Part shown: in pieces, positions 18,435-27,034 of the stretch
Numbering within the stretch: position 1 is the first letter of the stretch
Layout of the letters: each line of letters starts with the position of its first letter
Assembly: GCA_045863235.1 (NCBI GenBank)
Contig: BTUM01000049.1
Span: forward strand, 1 to 59,409
Origin: Candidatus Xenobia bacterium
Lineage (GTDB): Bacteria > Vulcanimicrobiota > Xenobia > Xenobiales > QWHO01
Length of the DNA: 59,409 bases
Reading direction: 5' to 3'
The notes under the pieces: model-generated
The model's database searches: none
What the model was told of the DNA's origin: nothing
Seen by the model: only the letters and a program-made list of their open reading frames with translations
Program-made: the position numbers and the translations under genes

Positions 18435-19370
18435 ATGGACAACGGTGCCCCTTACCCCGCTGCGGCTGCGGCCGAGAAGTTCTATCGGCTCCATTCCCCG
18501 GGCCTGGTGGCGTCACTGCTGGAGTTCTTCGGTCAGCGTCCCAGCGAGCGATTGCTCTCCTTTGATGAAGTGCATCAGCTGCTGTCCGAGAAGCGCCAGA
18601 TCCCGCGAGGGACGCGGATGATCCCCATCGACCACATCGTGGGCAGCGTGGGTCGCTATCGCGACTTCGACCGACACTTTCTGCCTCTCAACCCGGCCAG
18701 CGAAGAGCGCTGGAAGCGACTGGACATGGCTCTCAACCAGCTGGTTTCCTTGCCCCCCATCGAGGTGTTTCAGGTGGGCGACGTCTACTTCGTGCGCGAC
18801 GGTAACCACCGCGTTTCGGTGGCCCGGGCCAACAAGCTGACCGAGATCGAGGCGGTCGTGACCGAGATCCCCTTCAAGGGCCGGCTGACCCCTGAGATGG
18901 ACATCGACCAGCTGGTGGCCGAGACCCAGCACGCCCGCTTTCTGGAGGCCACCGGACTGGAGGGGGAGCTGCGGCTGACCGGAACGGCCCGCTACGAGGT
19001 GCTGCTCGACCACATCGAGGTCCACCGTTACTATCTCGGCCTGGAGCACAATCGCGAGCTGGAGCTTCGCGAGGCCGCCCAAAGCTGGTATGAGCAGGTC
19101 TATCTGCCGGTGGTGGAGGCGATCCGATCCACCGATGTCATGCGTGAGTTTCCCAACCGGACGGAGGCCGATCTCTACCTCTGGGTGGCCTACCACCGAG
19201 AGCGGCTTCGTGAGGAGCTGGGTCTGGCCCCGCCCGATGCCGAGGTAGCGGCCACCCTGGCCCAGGACTTCAGCGACCGCCCGGTGGTGTCGCTGGTCAA
19301 GCGCGTGACCCGCGCCATTCGTGCCGCCGTCAAGGCGGCCAGCGAGACTCCCGAGCCTCCGGCCGGTTGA
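18435..19370 (+). CDS. ParB/Srx-like domain protein (DUF4032-associated type)
   Basis: IVGSVGRY.DFDR.FLP, LPPIEV, YFVRDGNHRVSVA, RTEADLYLWV. Confidence 0.8.
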   Translation: MDNGAPYPAAAAAEKFYRLHSPGLVASLLEFFGQRPSERLLSFDEVHQLLSEKRQIPRGTRMIPIDHIVGSVGRYRDFDRHFLPLNPASEERWKRLDMALNQLVSLPPIEVFQVGDVYFVRDGNHRVSVARANKLTEIEAVVTEIPFKGRLTPEMDIDQLVAETQHARFLEATGLEGELRLTGTARYEVLLDHIEVHRYYLGLEHNRELELREAAQSWYEQVYLPVVEAIRSTDVMREFPNRTEADLYLWVAYHRERLREELGLAPPDAEVAATLAQDFSDRPVVSLVKRVTRAIRAAVKAASETPEPPAG

Positions 19371-19436
19371 AGGGAACCCGCCCCGCCTCCAGAAACTACT
19401 TTGGGAAAAAAATCACAAGCGCGAGGAGAAGCCATC

Positions 19437-20522
19437 TTGAAGACCCTGACCGGGGTAGACCGGGGGCGGATCGAGGCCCGCGTGGAGGCCGGACAGCGGC
19501 TGACCTGCGAGGAGGGTGTGGCCCTCTTCGACGAGCCCGACTTCGAGTGGGTGTGCGGCTTGGCCAACAGAGTGCGCGAGCGGCTTTACGCCGATCGCAC
19601 CACCTACGTGGTCAACATGCACCTCAACTACTCCAACGTCTGCGCCCTGTCGTGCATGTTTTGCGCCTTCGCCCGCAAGAGCGGCCAGGAAGGCGCCTAC
19701 GAGATGAGTCTGGAGGAGATGATCGAGCGCGTCTCCATCATGAAGGGCATCGAGGGGGCCGAAGTCCACATCGTCGGCGGACTTCATCCCGACTATCCCT
19801 ACGAGTACTACCCGCGTCTTCTCTCCACCCTGCGCGAGCACTATCCCAACGTGCACCTGAAGGCCTTCACCGCCGTGGAGATCGACTTCTTTGCCCAGCT
19901 GGCCGGCAAGAGCGTGGCCTGGGTGCTGCAGGACCTGCGCGAGAACGGGCTGGGGTCGCTGCCGGGAGGTGGGGCCGAGGTGCTCACCGACCGGATCCAC
20001 CAGAAGCTCTACCGCGACAAGATGGGACCCGACCGCTGGCTGGCCATTCACAGGGAGGCTCACCAGCTGGGCATCCCCACCAGCGCCACGATGCTGGCCG
20101 GCCACATCGAGACCATGGCCGAGCGGATCGAGCATCTGGACAGGCTGCGCCGCCTGCAGGACGAAACGGGGGGCTTTCTGGCCTACATCCCGCTGCGCTT
20201 TCATCCCGACAACACCCCGCTCAAGAAGCTCAATCTGATGGACGGCGATGCGGTGGTGCGCAACGTAGCCGTGGGCCGGCTGATGCTGGACAACTTTCCC
20301 CACGTCAAGGCTTACTGGGTGATGAGCGGCCTGGAGAACGCGGCCCGGGCGCAGTGGGCTGGCGCCGACGACTTCGACGGCACGGTGGTGGATGAGCGCA
20401 TCACCCACATGGCTGGCTGCCAGACCCCGGTGGGGGTGACCGAGCAGTCCTTGTTGCAGATGATCCGCGATTCGGGGCGTCGTCCGGTGCGGCGTGACGC
20501 CCTCTACAACCTGCTCTCGTGA
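19437..20522 (+). CDS. mqnE: Aminofutalosine synthase (radical SAM, CofH/MqnE family)
   Basis: CALSCMFC, HLKAFTAVEI, PGGGAE, HVKAYWVM, DDFDGTV; TTG start after GAGGAG. Confidence 0.85.
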   Translation: MKTLTGVDRGRIEARVEAGQRLTCEEGVALFDEPDFEWVCGLANRVRERLYADRTTYVVNMHLNYSNVCALSCMFCAFARKSGQEGAYEMSLEEMIERVSIMKGIEGAEVHIVGGLHPDYPYEYYPRLLSTLREHYPNVHLKAFTAVEIDFFAQLAGKSVAWVLQDLRENGLGSLPGGGAEVLTDRIHQKLYRDKMGPDRWLAIHREAHQLGIPTSATMLAGHIETMAERIEHLDRLRRLQDETGGFLAYIPLRFHPDNTPLKKLNLMDGDAVVRNVAVGRLMLDNFPHVKAYWVMSGLENAARAQWAGADDFDGTVVDERITHMAGCQTPVGVTEQSLLQMIRDSGRRPVRRDALYNLLS

Positions 20523-21277
20523 AGCTGCACGTGCTGGGCTCGGGCACTGTTTGCCCCAGCCTGCGCCGGGCGGCCTCGGGTTACCTGCTGGAGGTGGGGG
20601 AGGAGCTGCTCTGGTTCGACATGGGGGCCGGCACTCTGCGGCGCTTCCTGGAGGGGGGTCACGCCCTGGAGCGGGTCTCGCGGATCTTTCTCACTCACAC
20701 CCATCCCGACCATACCAGCGATCTGGTCCCCTTCTGCTTTGCCCTCAACTACGCCCCCGGCTGGAGCGGCCGCAACCTGACGCTCTACGGGCCCAACGGG
20801 CTCTGGCACTTCCTGACCCACCTGGGGGCCGCCTGGTCCTGGGTGGAGCCTAAGAAGTGGGAGCGGCACGTGCACGAGATCGACGAGCACGAGACGATCG
20901 ACCTGGGTTCCTGCAAGGTCAGCGCCTGGTCGGTTGCGCACGGCGAGTTGAACGCTCTCAGCTTTCGTGTCGAGTCCGAGGGGCGGGTGTTCTGCTACTC
21001 AGGCGACAGCGGCGTGTGCGACAACCTGGTCAAAGCCGCCCGTGAGGCCGACCTTTTCCTCTGCGAGTGCTCGATTCCGGCCGCCTATCCGGCCATGCCA
21101 GGGGTGCACCTGACCAGCGCCGAGGTGGGCCAGGTAGCCACTCGCGCCGGCGCCCGCCGGGTGGTGGTCACCCACCTCTACCCCCAGGCCGACGAGGTGG
21201 ATATCCTGGCCGAGGTGCGCGGGCACTACGCGGGACTGCTCGAGTTGGCCGAGGACGGCTCCAGCTTCCTGGTGTAA
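20519..21277 (+). CDS. MBL-fold hydrolase (RNase Z-like)
   Basis: THTHPDH, YSGDS, HLT, VTHLY. Confidence 0.88.
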   Translation: MKLHVLGSGTVCPSLRRAASGYLLEVGEELLWFDMGAGTLRRFLEGGHALERVSRIFLTHTHPDHTSDLVPFCFALNYAPGWSGRNLTLYGPNGLWHFLTHLGAAWSWVEPKKWERHVHEIDEHETIDLGSCKVSAWSVAHGELNALSFRVESEGRVFCYSGDSGVCDNLVKAAREADLFLCECSIPAAYPAMPGVHLTSAEVGQVATRAGARRVVVTHLYPQADEVDILAEVRGHYAGLLELAEDGSSFLV

Positions 21278-21297
21278 ATCCGGCATCAAGCCTGTGC

Positions 21298-21311
21298 GCG
21301 GGACTGTAACA
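21298..21311 (+). promoter_or_regulatory. 14-bp upstream motif shared with 45383-45396
   Basis: GCGGGACTGTAACA, 31 bp before TACCCT. Confidence 0.55.
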
Positions 21312-21381
21312 AGCCGTTCACCTCAGCCTGGCGGGGCCGCGCTACCCTGTTGCACAGAAAGAAAGATTCCAGGAGATCGCC

Positions 21382-22050
21382 ATGACTACCGTCGAGACCC
21401 CCGTCGTCCTGTCCGCCGGGCAGCGCCTGCAACAGGGCGTGCGCGCCTACCTTCCAGCCGCCTCGGACCCTTCCGGCCCCAGCGCCCACTCGCTGGCTCA
21501 GGCTTGCGACACCTATCTGGGCGGCGGAGCTCAGGCCACGCCTTATCCGGCCGATATGCCCGCCGACAAGGCCCGCGAGATCACTCGCAACCTGCAAGAG
21601 CTCGCTTCCGGAGCCCAGGCTGATTTCGCCTCCAAGGTACCCGGGGGGACCCTGAGCGTGGGGCAGCTGCTCTCCAGCGTGGGCCAGCTGCAGGCCGCCA
21701 AAGAATCCGAGGTCGAGGAGCTGTCGGCCCGCCGCAGCGAGCTCAAGGGCGCGTATCGCAAGCAGGTCGTCAAGACAGTGGCCTGGATGGGCGCCACCGC
21801 GGGAGCCCTGGTGCTGGGCGGCATCTTCCCCAACCCGGTCACCGGGCTTCTTCTGGCTGGGGCGGGGGCCATGACCGTGCGCCACATCTCCAAGGCGCGC
21901 ACGGCCCAGAAAGAGCTTCAGCAAACTCTGCCTCCCGTGGAGGCCAACCTCAAGGCGGCCCGCCAGCTGGCCGCTGACTGTGTGTTTTACGCACCTCACC
22001 TGGCCGGCTGGAACGACCTGCTGGGTGGGGCTCAGAGACAGGCGGCCTGA
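21382..22050 (+). CDS. Hypothetical protein with hydrophobic hairpin flanked by coiled coils
   Basis: AGGAG RBS; VAWMGATAGALVLGGIFPNPVTGLLLAGAGAM. Confidence 0.85.
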   Translation: MTTVETPVVLSAGQRLQQGVRAYLPAASDPSGPSAHSLAQACDTYLGGGAQATPYPADMPADKAREITRNLQELASGAQADFASKVPGGTLSVGQLLSSVGQLQAAKESEVEELSARRSELKGAYRKQVVKTVAWMGATAGALVLGGIFPNPVTGLLLAGAGAMTVRHISKARTAQKELQQTLPPVEANLKAARQLAADCVFYAPHLAGWNDLLGGAQRQAA

Positions 22051-22278
22051 TCGAAGGATCCCTTCCTCGCTGAATGGAACATGACAGAGAAGGTGGTTAA
22101 GCCATTCGGGTAGTTGTTGCCGCGATGTAAACTTGACGTTCATCAAGATTTAACATCGGTAGCCCAAAATACCCCGCTTTTGGCGTGAAAGGCACCCCCT
22201 TTCTGGTGTATCCTGGTAGCAATCGAACCCGCGACTCATCATGCTCGCGGGCCCTCAAGTGGCGAAGGAGGAATCAGT

Positions 22279-23730
22279 ATGGCAGGTTTTGGCTTCGGCG
22301 TCCCTCAGATTCCACAGGCATTTCCAGGTGTCTCGGCCGTCCCGACCTTTGGTGGGTTCGGTGGCTTTGGTGGCTTTGGCGGCATCGGTGGCGCCTCTCC
22401 GTTCGGAATGAGCGCGCTCGGCGGCTTCGGTGGCTTCCCTGGCGCTGGTGGCGTGGGTCAAATGGGCGCAATGCCCCCCGAGATGCAGATGCAGATGATG
22501 CAGATGATCCAGATGCTCCTTCAAGTTCTGATGCAGCTGTCGGCTGGCTATCAAGGCATCGGCGGCGGCCAGATGGGTGGCCCGGGTGGCGCTTATGGTG
22601 GCGGCGGCGCTGGTGGCGCCGGCGGCGCGGGCAACGCCGGGAACGCTGGGAATGCCGGCAACGCCGGGAATGCTGGCAACGCCGGGAACGCTGGCAATGC
22701 CGGGAATGCTGGCAACGCCGGGAACGCTGGCAACGCCGGGAACGCTGGCAACGCCGGGAACGCTGGCAATGCCGGGAACGCTGGCAACGCCGGGAATGCT
22801 GGCAATGCCGGGAATGCTGGCAATGCCGGGAACGCGGGCAATGCGGGTAACGCCGGCGGTGCCTACGGCGGTGGCGGCGGAGCCGGAGCGATCGGCGGTG
22901 GCGGTGGCGGTGCCTACGGTGGCGGAGCTGCTGGTGGCGCTGGCGGGGCTGGTGGTGCTTACGGCGCCGGCGGCGCGAATGGCGGCTTCGGCAACGTGAC
23001 TCAGCCGGGCTTCCGTTTCTCCAGCATCGATGGCCTGCAGCGCTACATCGACGCGGTGGACCAGAACGGCAACGTGAACAACAACAAGATCACTGCCAAT
23101 GGCACCATCCCGACCGACGCGGCTCGGGCCAACATTGTGGAGGGTTACGCGGCTGAGTTCTATGCCGGCGGACGCCTCGAGAACGCCCAGGAGATGAGCC
23201 GCAACCTCGACGTGCTCTATCAGGACCTCAACTCCAACAATCCCAACGCCCAGTCTTCGGCGACCTTCGCCCTGGTGGCCTCTCGCTTCAAGAACGCGGG
23301 TGGAAACTACGACAACGGCCAGCTCAAGAAAGTGCTGGAAGCGACCGGAAACGGTGATCTTGCCGGTGGCGGTGGCGTAGGCGCCAACGACGTCGAGACG
23401 CTGGGCGCGGTGTCGGCCGCTCTCAAGCGCGGCACGCTGCAACTCGGCCAGGTCTTTGGCCAGGATGGCAAAGACGTGCTGGGTGGCAATTCGATCACCG
23501 CCGGCGACAAAGCGAAGTACGAGCGCGCTATCGAGGCCGTTCAGGGACGCAACCTGGGCAGCAACATCGAGAACGCGCGCGCTCCGCGCGCCGGTAATGC
23601 TGGCAACGCCGGCAACGCTGGCAACGCCGGCAATGCCGGCAACGCTGGGAACGCTGGGAATGCCGGCAACGCTGGCAACGCTGGCAACGCTGGGAATGCC
23701 GGCAACGCTGGCAACGCTCGGCGCCGCTAG
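22279..23730 (+). CDS. Gly-rich protein with two (Gly-Asn-Ala)n blocks and a Met/Gln-rich helix
   Basis: AAGGAGG RBS; repeats vary only at synonymous positions in this frame; downstream terminator. Confidence 0.9.
   Translation: MAGFGFGVPQIPQAFPGVSAVPTFGGFGGFGGFGGIGGASPFGMSALGGFGGFPGAGGVGQMGAMPPEMQMQMMQMIQMLLQVLMQLSAGYQGIGGGQMGGPGGAYGGGGAGGAGGAGNAGNAGNAGNAGNAGNAGNAGNAGNAGNAGNAGNAGNAGNAGNAGNAGNAGNAGNAGNAGNAGNAGNAGNAGNAGGAYGGGGGAGAIGGGGGGAYGGGAAGGAGGAGGAYGAGGANGGFGNVTQPGFRFSSIDGLQRYIDAVDQNGNVNNNKITANGTIPTDAARANIVEGYAAEFYAGGRLENAQEMSRNLDVLYQDLNSNNPNAQSSATFALVASRFKNAGGNYDNGQLKKVLEATGNGDLAGGGGVGANDVETLGAVSAALKRGTLQLGQVFGQDGKDVLGGNSITAGDKAKYERAIEAVQGRNLGSNIENARAPRAGNAGNAGNAGNAGNAGNAGNAGNAGNAGNAGNAGNAGNAGNARRR
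22630..22854 (+). repeat. 25 x 9-bp GNA coding repeat
   Basis: GGN AAY GCN units. Confidence 0.95.
23593..23718 (+). repeat. 14 x 9-bp GNA coding repeat
   Basis: GGN AAY GCN units. Confidence 0.95.
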
Positions 23731-23772
23731 AACCCGGCATCGGGCACCAAGCCCGGCAGCCTGACAATGAAT

Positions 23773-23799
23773 GGGGCCTCTCGCAAGGGAGGCTCTTTT
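23773..23799 (+). terminator. Intrinsic terminator
   Basis: GGGGCCTCTC-GCAA-GGGAGGCTCT-TTT. Confidence 0.8.
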
Positions 23800-23802
23800 C
23801 CA

Positions 23803-23965
23803 TGGGGGCGGTAGGCACCGGCCTGCCCATCCCATGCCCGCCCGAGCCCCACGGCCCGCGGTGGGGATCCCCACGCCTGGTGGTGGGGCAGTTTCGCCCG
23901 CCCGAGCCCCACAGCCCGCGGTGGGGATCCCCACGCCAGGTGGTGGGGCAGGTCTGCCACCCCCA
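23803..23965. repeat. MITE/REPIN-like element: imperfect terminal inverted repeats enclosing two 60-bp units of paired hairpins
   Basis: Units at 23836 and 23896, each CCCCAC-N8-GTGGGG-AT-CCCCAC-N8-GTGGGG; ends TGGGGGCGGTAGGC / GTCTGCCACCCCCA. Confidence 0.75.
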
Positions 23966-23968
23966 GCC

Positions 23969-24000
23969 TTCATGATTTCTTCAGGGAGTAAAGCTAAGCT
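23969..24000 (+). promoter_or_regulatory. Direct-repeat promoter
   Basis: TTCAT-N6-TTCAG-N10-TAAGCT. Confidence 0.65.
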
Positions 24001-24022
24001 CAACAAAGCAAGGAGCAGAGCC

Positions 24023-24403
24023 ATGAACGTAACCACCCTCAGCCACCAGACCCAGCCGGCCCGGGCCAGCACGCAGCAGCCAGCCCATCAGCCCCCGGTC
24101 GAGCGACCTCCGACCGAGCACTATGAGCCCGGGGTGCTGGACACGCTCAAGAACATCGTGGGCGTCACCGCCTTTGCGGCCGGTCCCTCCCTGGTTGCCG
24201 CTCAATGGGGCCTGCCGGGCGCGGCCGTGGGAGTGGGTGCGTCCATGCTGGCCATGTATCTCATGGATCGCGACCGCGAGATCATGGTTCCCTTCGTGGG
24301 CCTCAGCGCAGCGGTTATGACCGTTCCTGCGCTGCTCTTTGGCTGGCCGGGCGCCCTCGTCTCCACGGCCCTGGCGGCTGGTTACGGCTACCACACCCGC
24401 TAG
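24023..24403 (+). CDS. Small membrane protein with disordered N-terminus and duplicated hydrophobic hairpin
   Basis: AAGGAG RBS; MNVTTLS...; WGLPGA and FGWPGA motifs. Confidence 0.8.
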   Translation: MNVTTLSHQTQPARASTQQPAHQPPVERPPTEHYEPGVLDTLKNIVGVTAFAAGPSLVAAQWGLPGAAVGVGASMLAMYLMDRDREIMVPFVGLSAAVMTVPALLFGWPGALVSTALAAGYGYHTR

Positions 24404-24445
24404 AATTCCGGCCGAACTGGCCAGCCGGAAAGGACACGAGATCAG

Positions 24446-25114
24446 TTAGATCCGGGCGTCCCCTTCGATCCAGACCTCGCCCTCGGGCCCGACCTCTTTC
24501 TTCCAGAGCGGGACCGTGCTCTTCAGGGTATCGATCAGCCAGCGTCCGGCTTCGAAGGCCTCCTTGCGATGCCCGGCCGAGACGGCCACGCAGACGCTGA
24601 TCTCTCCCGGACCCAGCGAGCCGTGCCGGTGCCACAGGGCCAGCGAGCCCAGCGGCCAGCGCTGGCGGGCCTCGGCCGCCAGGCGAGCCATCTCCTTGAG
24701 AGCCACCGGGGGGTAGGCCTGGTAGTCCAGCCGCTCCACCGGTTGGCCAGCGGTCTGGTTGCGCACCGTGCCGAGGAAGAGCACAACCGCCCCGCAGTCC
24801 TCGCGCCGCACGAAGGACAGGCACTGGTCCACCGAGATGGGGTCCTCTCCCAGTCGCACCAGATCCTCCGACCCGCCGCTCACCGGGGGGAGCAGGGCCA
24901 CCTCCTGGCCGGGCTGCACAACATGGCTCCAGGGCACCAGCTCCTCGCCGGCGGCCGCACGCAGCACGGGCCGATAGGGCGTCAGACCGGGCCAGCGCTC
25001 ACAGAGCGAGGCAAACAGGGCCTCCACGCTGCTGCCTTCGGAGACCTCCACCTCCAGCTCTTCCGAGCCCACCACGTTCCTCAGCGAGGCGAAGAAGAGA
25101 ACCCGAACGGTCAC
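24446..25114 (-). CDS. moaDE: Molybdopterin synthase MoaD-MoaE fusion
   Basis: [10 protein letters not shown]...LLPPVSGG followed by [25 protein letters not shown]. Confidence 0.92.
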   Translation of the reverse strand: MTVRVLFFASLRNVVGSEELEVEVSEGSSVEALFASLCERWPGLTPYRPVLRAAAGEELVPWSHVVQPGQEVALLPPVSGGSEDLVRLGEDPISVDQCLSFVRREDCGAVVLFLGTVRNQTAGQPVERLDYQAYPPVALKEMARLAAEARQRWPLGSLALWHRHGSLGPGEISVCVAVSAGHRKEAFEAGRWLIDTLKSTVPLWKKEVGPEGEVWIEGDARI

Positions 25115-26784
25115 AGGAAGGCGGGCTCGCGGTACTCTCCGTAGACGGCCCGCATGACCTCGACCATTTCGCCCAGGGTGGCATAGGTCTTGACCGCCTC
25201 GAGCAGGGCGGGCATGACGTTCTCGCCCTTCGCGGCAGCGCTCTTGAGCGTTTCCAGGGCGGCCTCGACCTGCTCGTGGTTGCGCTTCTCGCGCACCTTC
25301 TTGAGGTTGGCCACCTGCAGTTGCTCGGCCTCGCGGCCGATCTTGAGGATGGGGATCTCGCCCGCGGCGCAGTCCTGGGTGAACTCGTTGACGCCCACGA
25401 TGATCTCGTCCTTGCTCTCCACCGCCTGCTGGAAGTCATAGGCGCTGCGGGCGATCTCGCGCTGGAAGAAGCCCGAGTTGATGCCCGCAAGCACCCCACC
25501 CTCTTGCTCGATGCGGTCGAAGTAGGCAAAGCATTCTTTGACCATCCAGTCGGTCAAAGACTCCACGAAGTAGGAGCCGGCCAGCGGGTCGACCACGTCC
25601 GCCACCCCGGTTTCGTAGGCCAGAATCTGCTGAGTGCGCAGGGCGATCTGGGCGGATTTCTCGGTGGGCAGGGCCAGGGTCTCATCCATGGCGTTGGTGT
25701 GGAGCGACTGGGTGCCTCCCAGGACGGCCGCCATGGCCTGGTAGGCCGTGCGCACGATGTTGTTGTCGGGCTGCTGGGCGGTCAAGGATACGCCCGCGGT
25801 CTGGGTGTGGAAGCGCAACTTCCAAGAGCGCGGATCCTGGGCCTTGAAGCGGTCGCGCATCACCCGGGCCCAGATCTTGCGGGCCGCCCGGAACTTGGCG
25901 ATCTCTTCGAAGAAGTTGTTGTGGCAGTCCCAGAAAAAGCTCAGGCGGGGAGCGAACTCGTCCACCTTGAGGCCGCGCTCGATGCAGGCCTGAACGTAAG
26001 TGATGCCATCGGCCAGCGTGAACACCAGCTCTTGCAACGCGGTGGCGCCGGCCTCGCGGATGTGGTAGCCCGAGATGGAGATGGTGTTCCACTGGGGCAC
26101 GTTGCGGGTGCAGTACTCCACCGTGTCCACCACCACCTTGAGGCTGGGCTCGGGGGGGAAGATCCACTCCTTCTGCGCGATGTACTCTTTGAGGATGTCG
26201 TTTTGGAGCGTGCCCCGCACCCTGTCGAAGCTGACCCCCTGCTTCTCGGCCACCGCCAGGTACATGGCCAGAAGGATGGCGGCCGGACCGTTGATGGTCA
26301 TCGAGGTGCTGACCTTGTCCAGAGGGATGCCCTGGAACAGGATCTCCATGTCGGCCAGGGTGTCCACCGCCACGCCGCACTTGCCCACCTCACCCAGAGA
26401 GCGGGGATGGTCGGAGTCGTAGCCCATCAAGGTGGGCATGTCGAAGGCCACCGAGAGACCGTCCTGCCCGCTCTGGAGCAGCTTGTGGTAGCGGGCGTTG
26501 GTGTCTTTGGGGGTGGCAAAGCCCGAGAACAGCCGCATGGTCCACATCCGGGTGCGGTGCATGGTGGGGTGCACCCCGCGCAGGTAGGGATACTCGCCCG
26601 GGAAGCCGATGTCGGCCACGGGGTCGAGGTGGGCGATGTGCTCAGGAGTGTAGAGCGGCTCGAGGGGAGCCCCCGACCAGTTCTTGAAGCTGGCCTTGCG
26701 CAGGGGGTGCTTGCCCGCGTGGCGGGCCTCCCACTGGGCTCGGGCCTGGCGAACTGCTTCCAACTTCGGGTCTGAAGACTGCAT
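25111..26784 (-). CDS. B12-dependent acyl-CoA mutase large subunit (no B12-binding domain; isobutyryl-CoA mutase-like residues)
   Basis: [45 protein letters not shown]. Confidence 0.92.
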   Translation of the reverse strand: MQSSDPKLEAVRQARAQWEARHAGKHPLRKASFKNWSGAPLEPLYTPEHIAHLDPVADIGFPGEYPYLRGVHPTMHRTRMWTMRLFSGFATPKDTNARYHKLLQSGQDGLSVAFDMPTLMGYDSDHPRSLGEVGKCGVAVDTLADMEILFQGIPLDKVSTSMTINGPAAILLAMYLAVAEKQGVSFDRVRGTLQNDILKEYIAQKEWIFPPEPSLKVVVDTVEYCTRNVPQWNTISISGYHIREAGATALQELVFTLADGITYVQACIERGLKVDEFAPRLSFFWDCHNNFFEEIAKFRAARKIWARVMRDRFKAQDPRSWKLRFHTQTAGVSLTAQQPDNNIVRTAYQAMAAVLGGTQSLHTNAMDETLALPTEKSAQIALRTQQILAYETGVADVVDPLAGSYFVESLTDWMVKECFAYFDRIEQEGGVLAGINSGFFQREIARSAYDFQQAVESKDEIIVGVNEFTQDCAAGEIPILKIGREAEQLQVANLKKVREKRNHEQVEAALETLKSAAAKGENVMPALLEAVKTYATLGEMVEVMRAVYGEYREPAFL

Positions 26785-26816
26785 GGGTGACGCTCCTCCT
26801 GAATCGATGCCCGCTT

Positions 26817-26846
26817 ATTGTACAATCGGACGCCGAAATCTTGCAA
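26817..26846 (-). promoter_or_regulatory. Sigma70-type promoter of mutase-moaDE
   Basis: TTGCAA-N18-TACAAT; AGGAGG RBS downstream. Confidence 0.7.
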
Positions 26847-26853
26847 CGTGGGT

Positions 26854-27026
26854 CTACCAGAGCACCTCAAGATAGCGAGCCACCATCTCATCGCCCGAAA
26901 CCATCGTCAGGGGAGGCAAGCGGGAAAGCTTGAGGTTGAGCACACCAAACTGGTGCTTGGGAATCAGCCGGCCCGGCTAGCCTCATGAACATTGACGACG
27001 TGAGCCGCTCTCTGATGATGAGCCAA
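26854..27026 (-). pseudogene. Deleted Phd/VapC toxin-antitoxin relic
   Basis: Frame 1 ...VVNVHEAS* (Phd N-terminus-like); frame 2 ...RLPPL/TMVSGDEMVARYLEVLW* (PIN C-terminus lacking HRDPFDR). Confidence 0.55.
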
Positions 27027-27034
27027 GCTCCTGG

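Noticed and set aside
22593..22841. (PAF/PAL)n and WQRRE-repeat ORFs
   Set aside because: Alternative frames of the GNA repeat; nucleotide variation is synonymous only in the GNA frame
23836..23951. Possible mini-CRISPR
   Set aside because: Two near-identical 60-bp units with no variable spacer
26860..27015. 6S RNA or cobalamin riboswitch upstream of the mutase
   Set aside because: Only weak end-pairing, no recognisable B12 box, the mutase promoter lies downstream, and the translation better fits a TA relic
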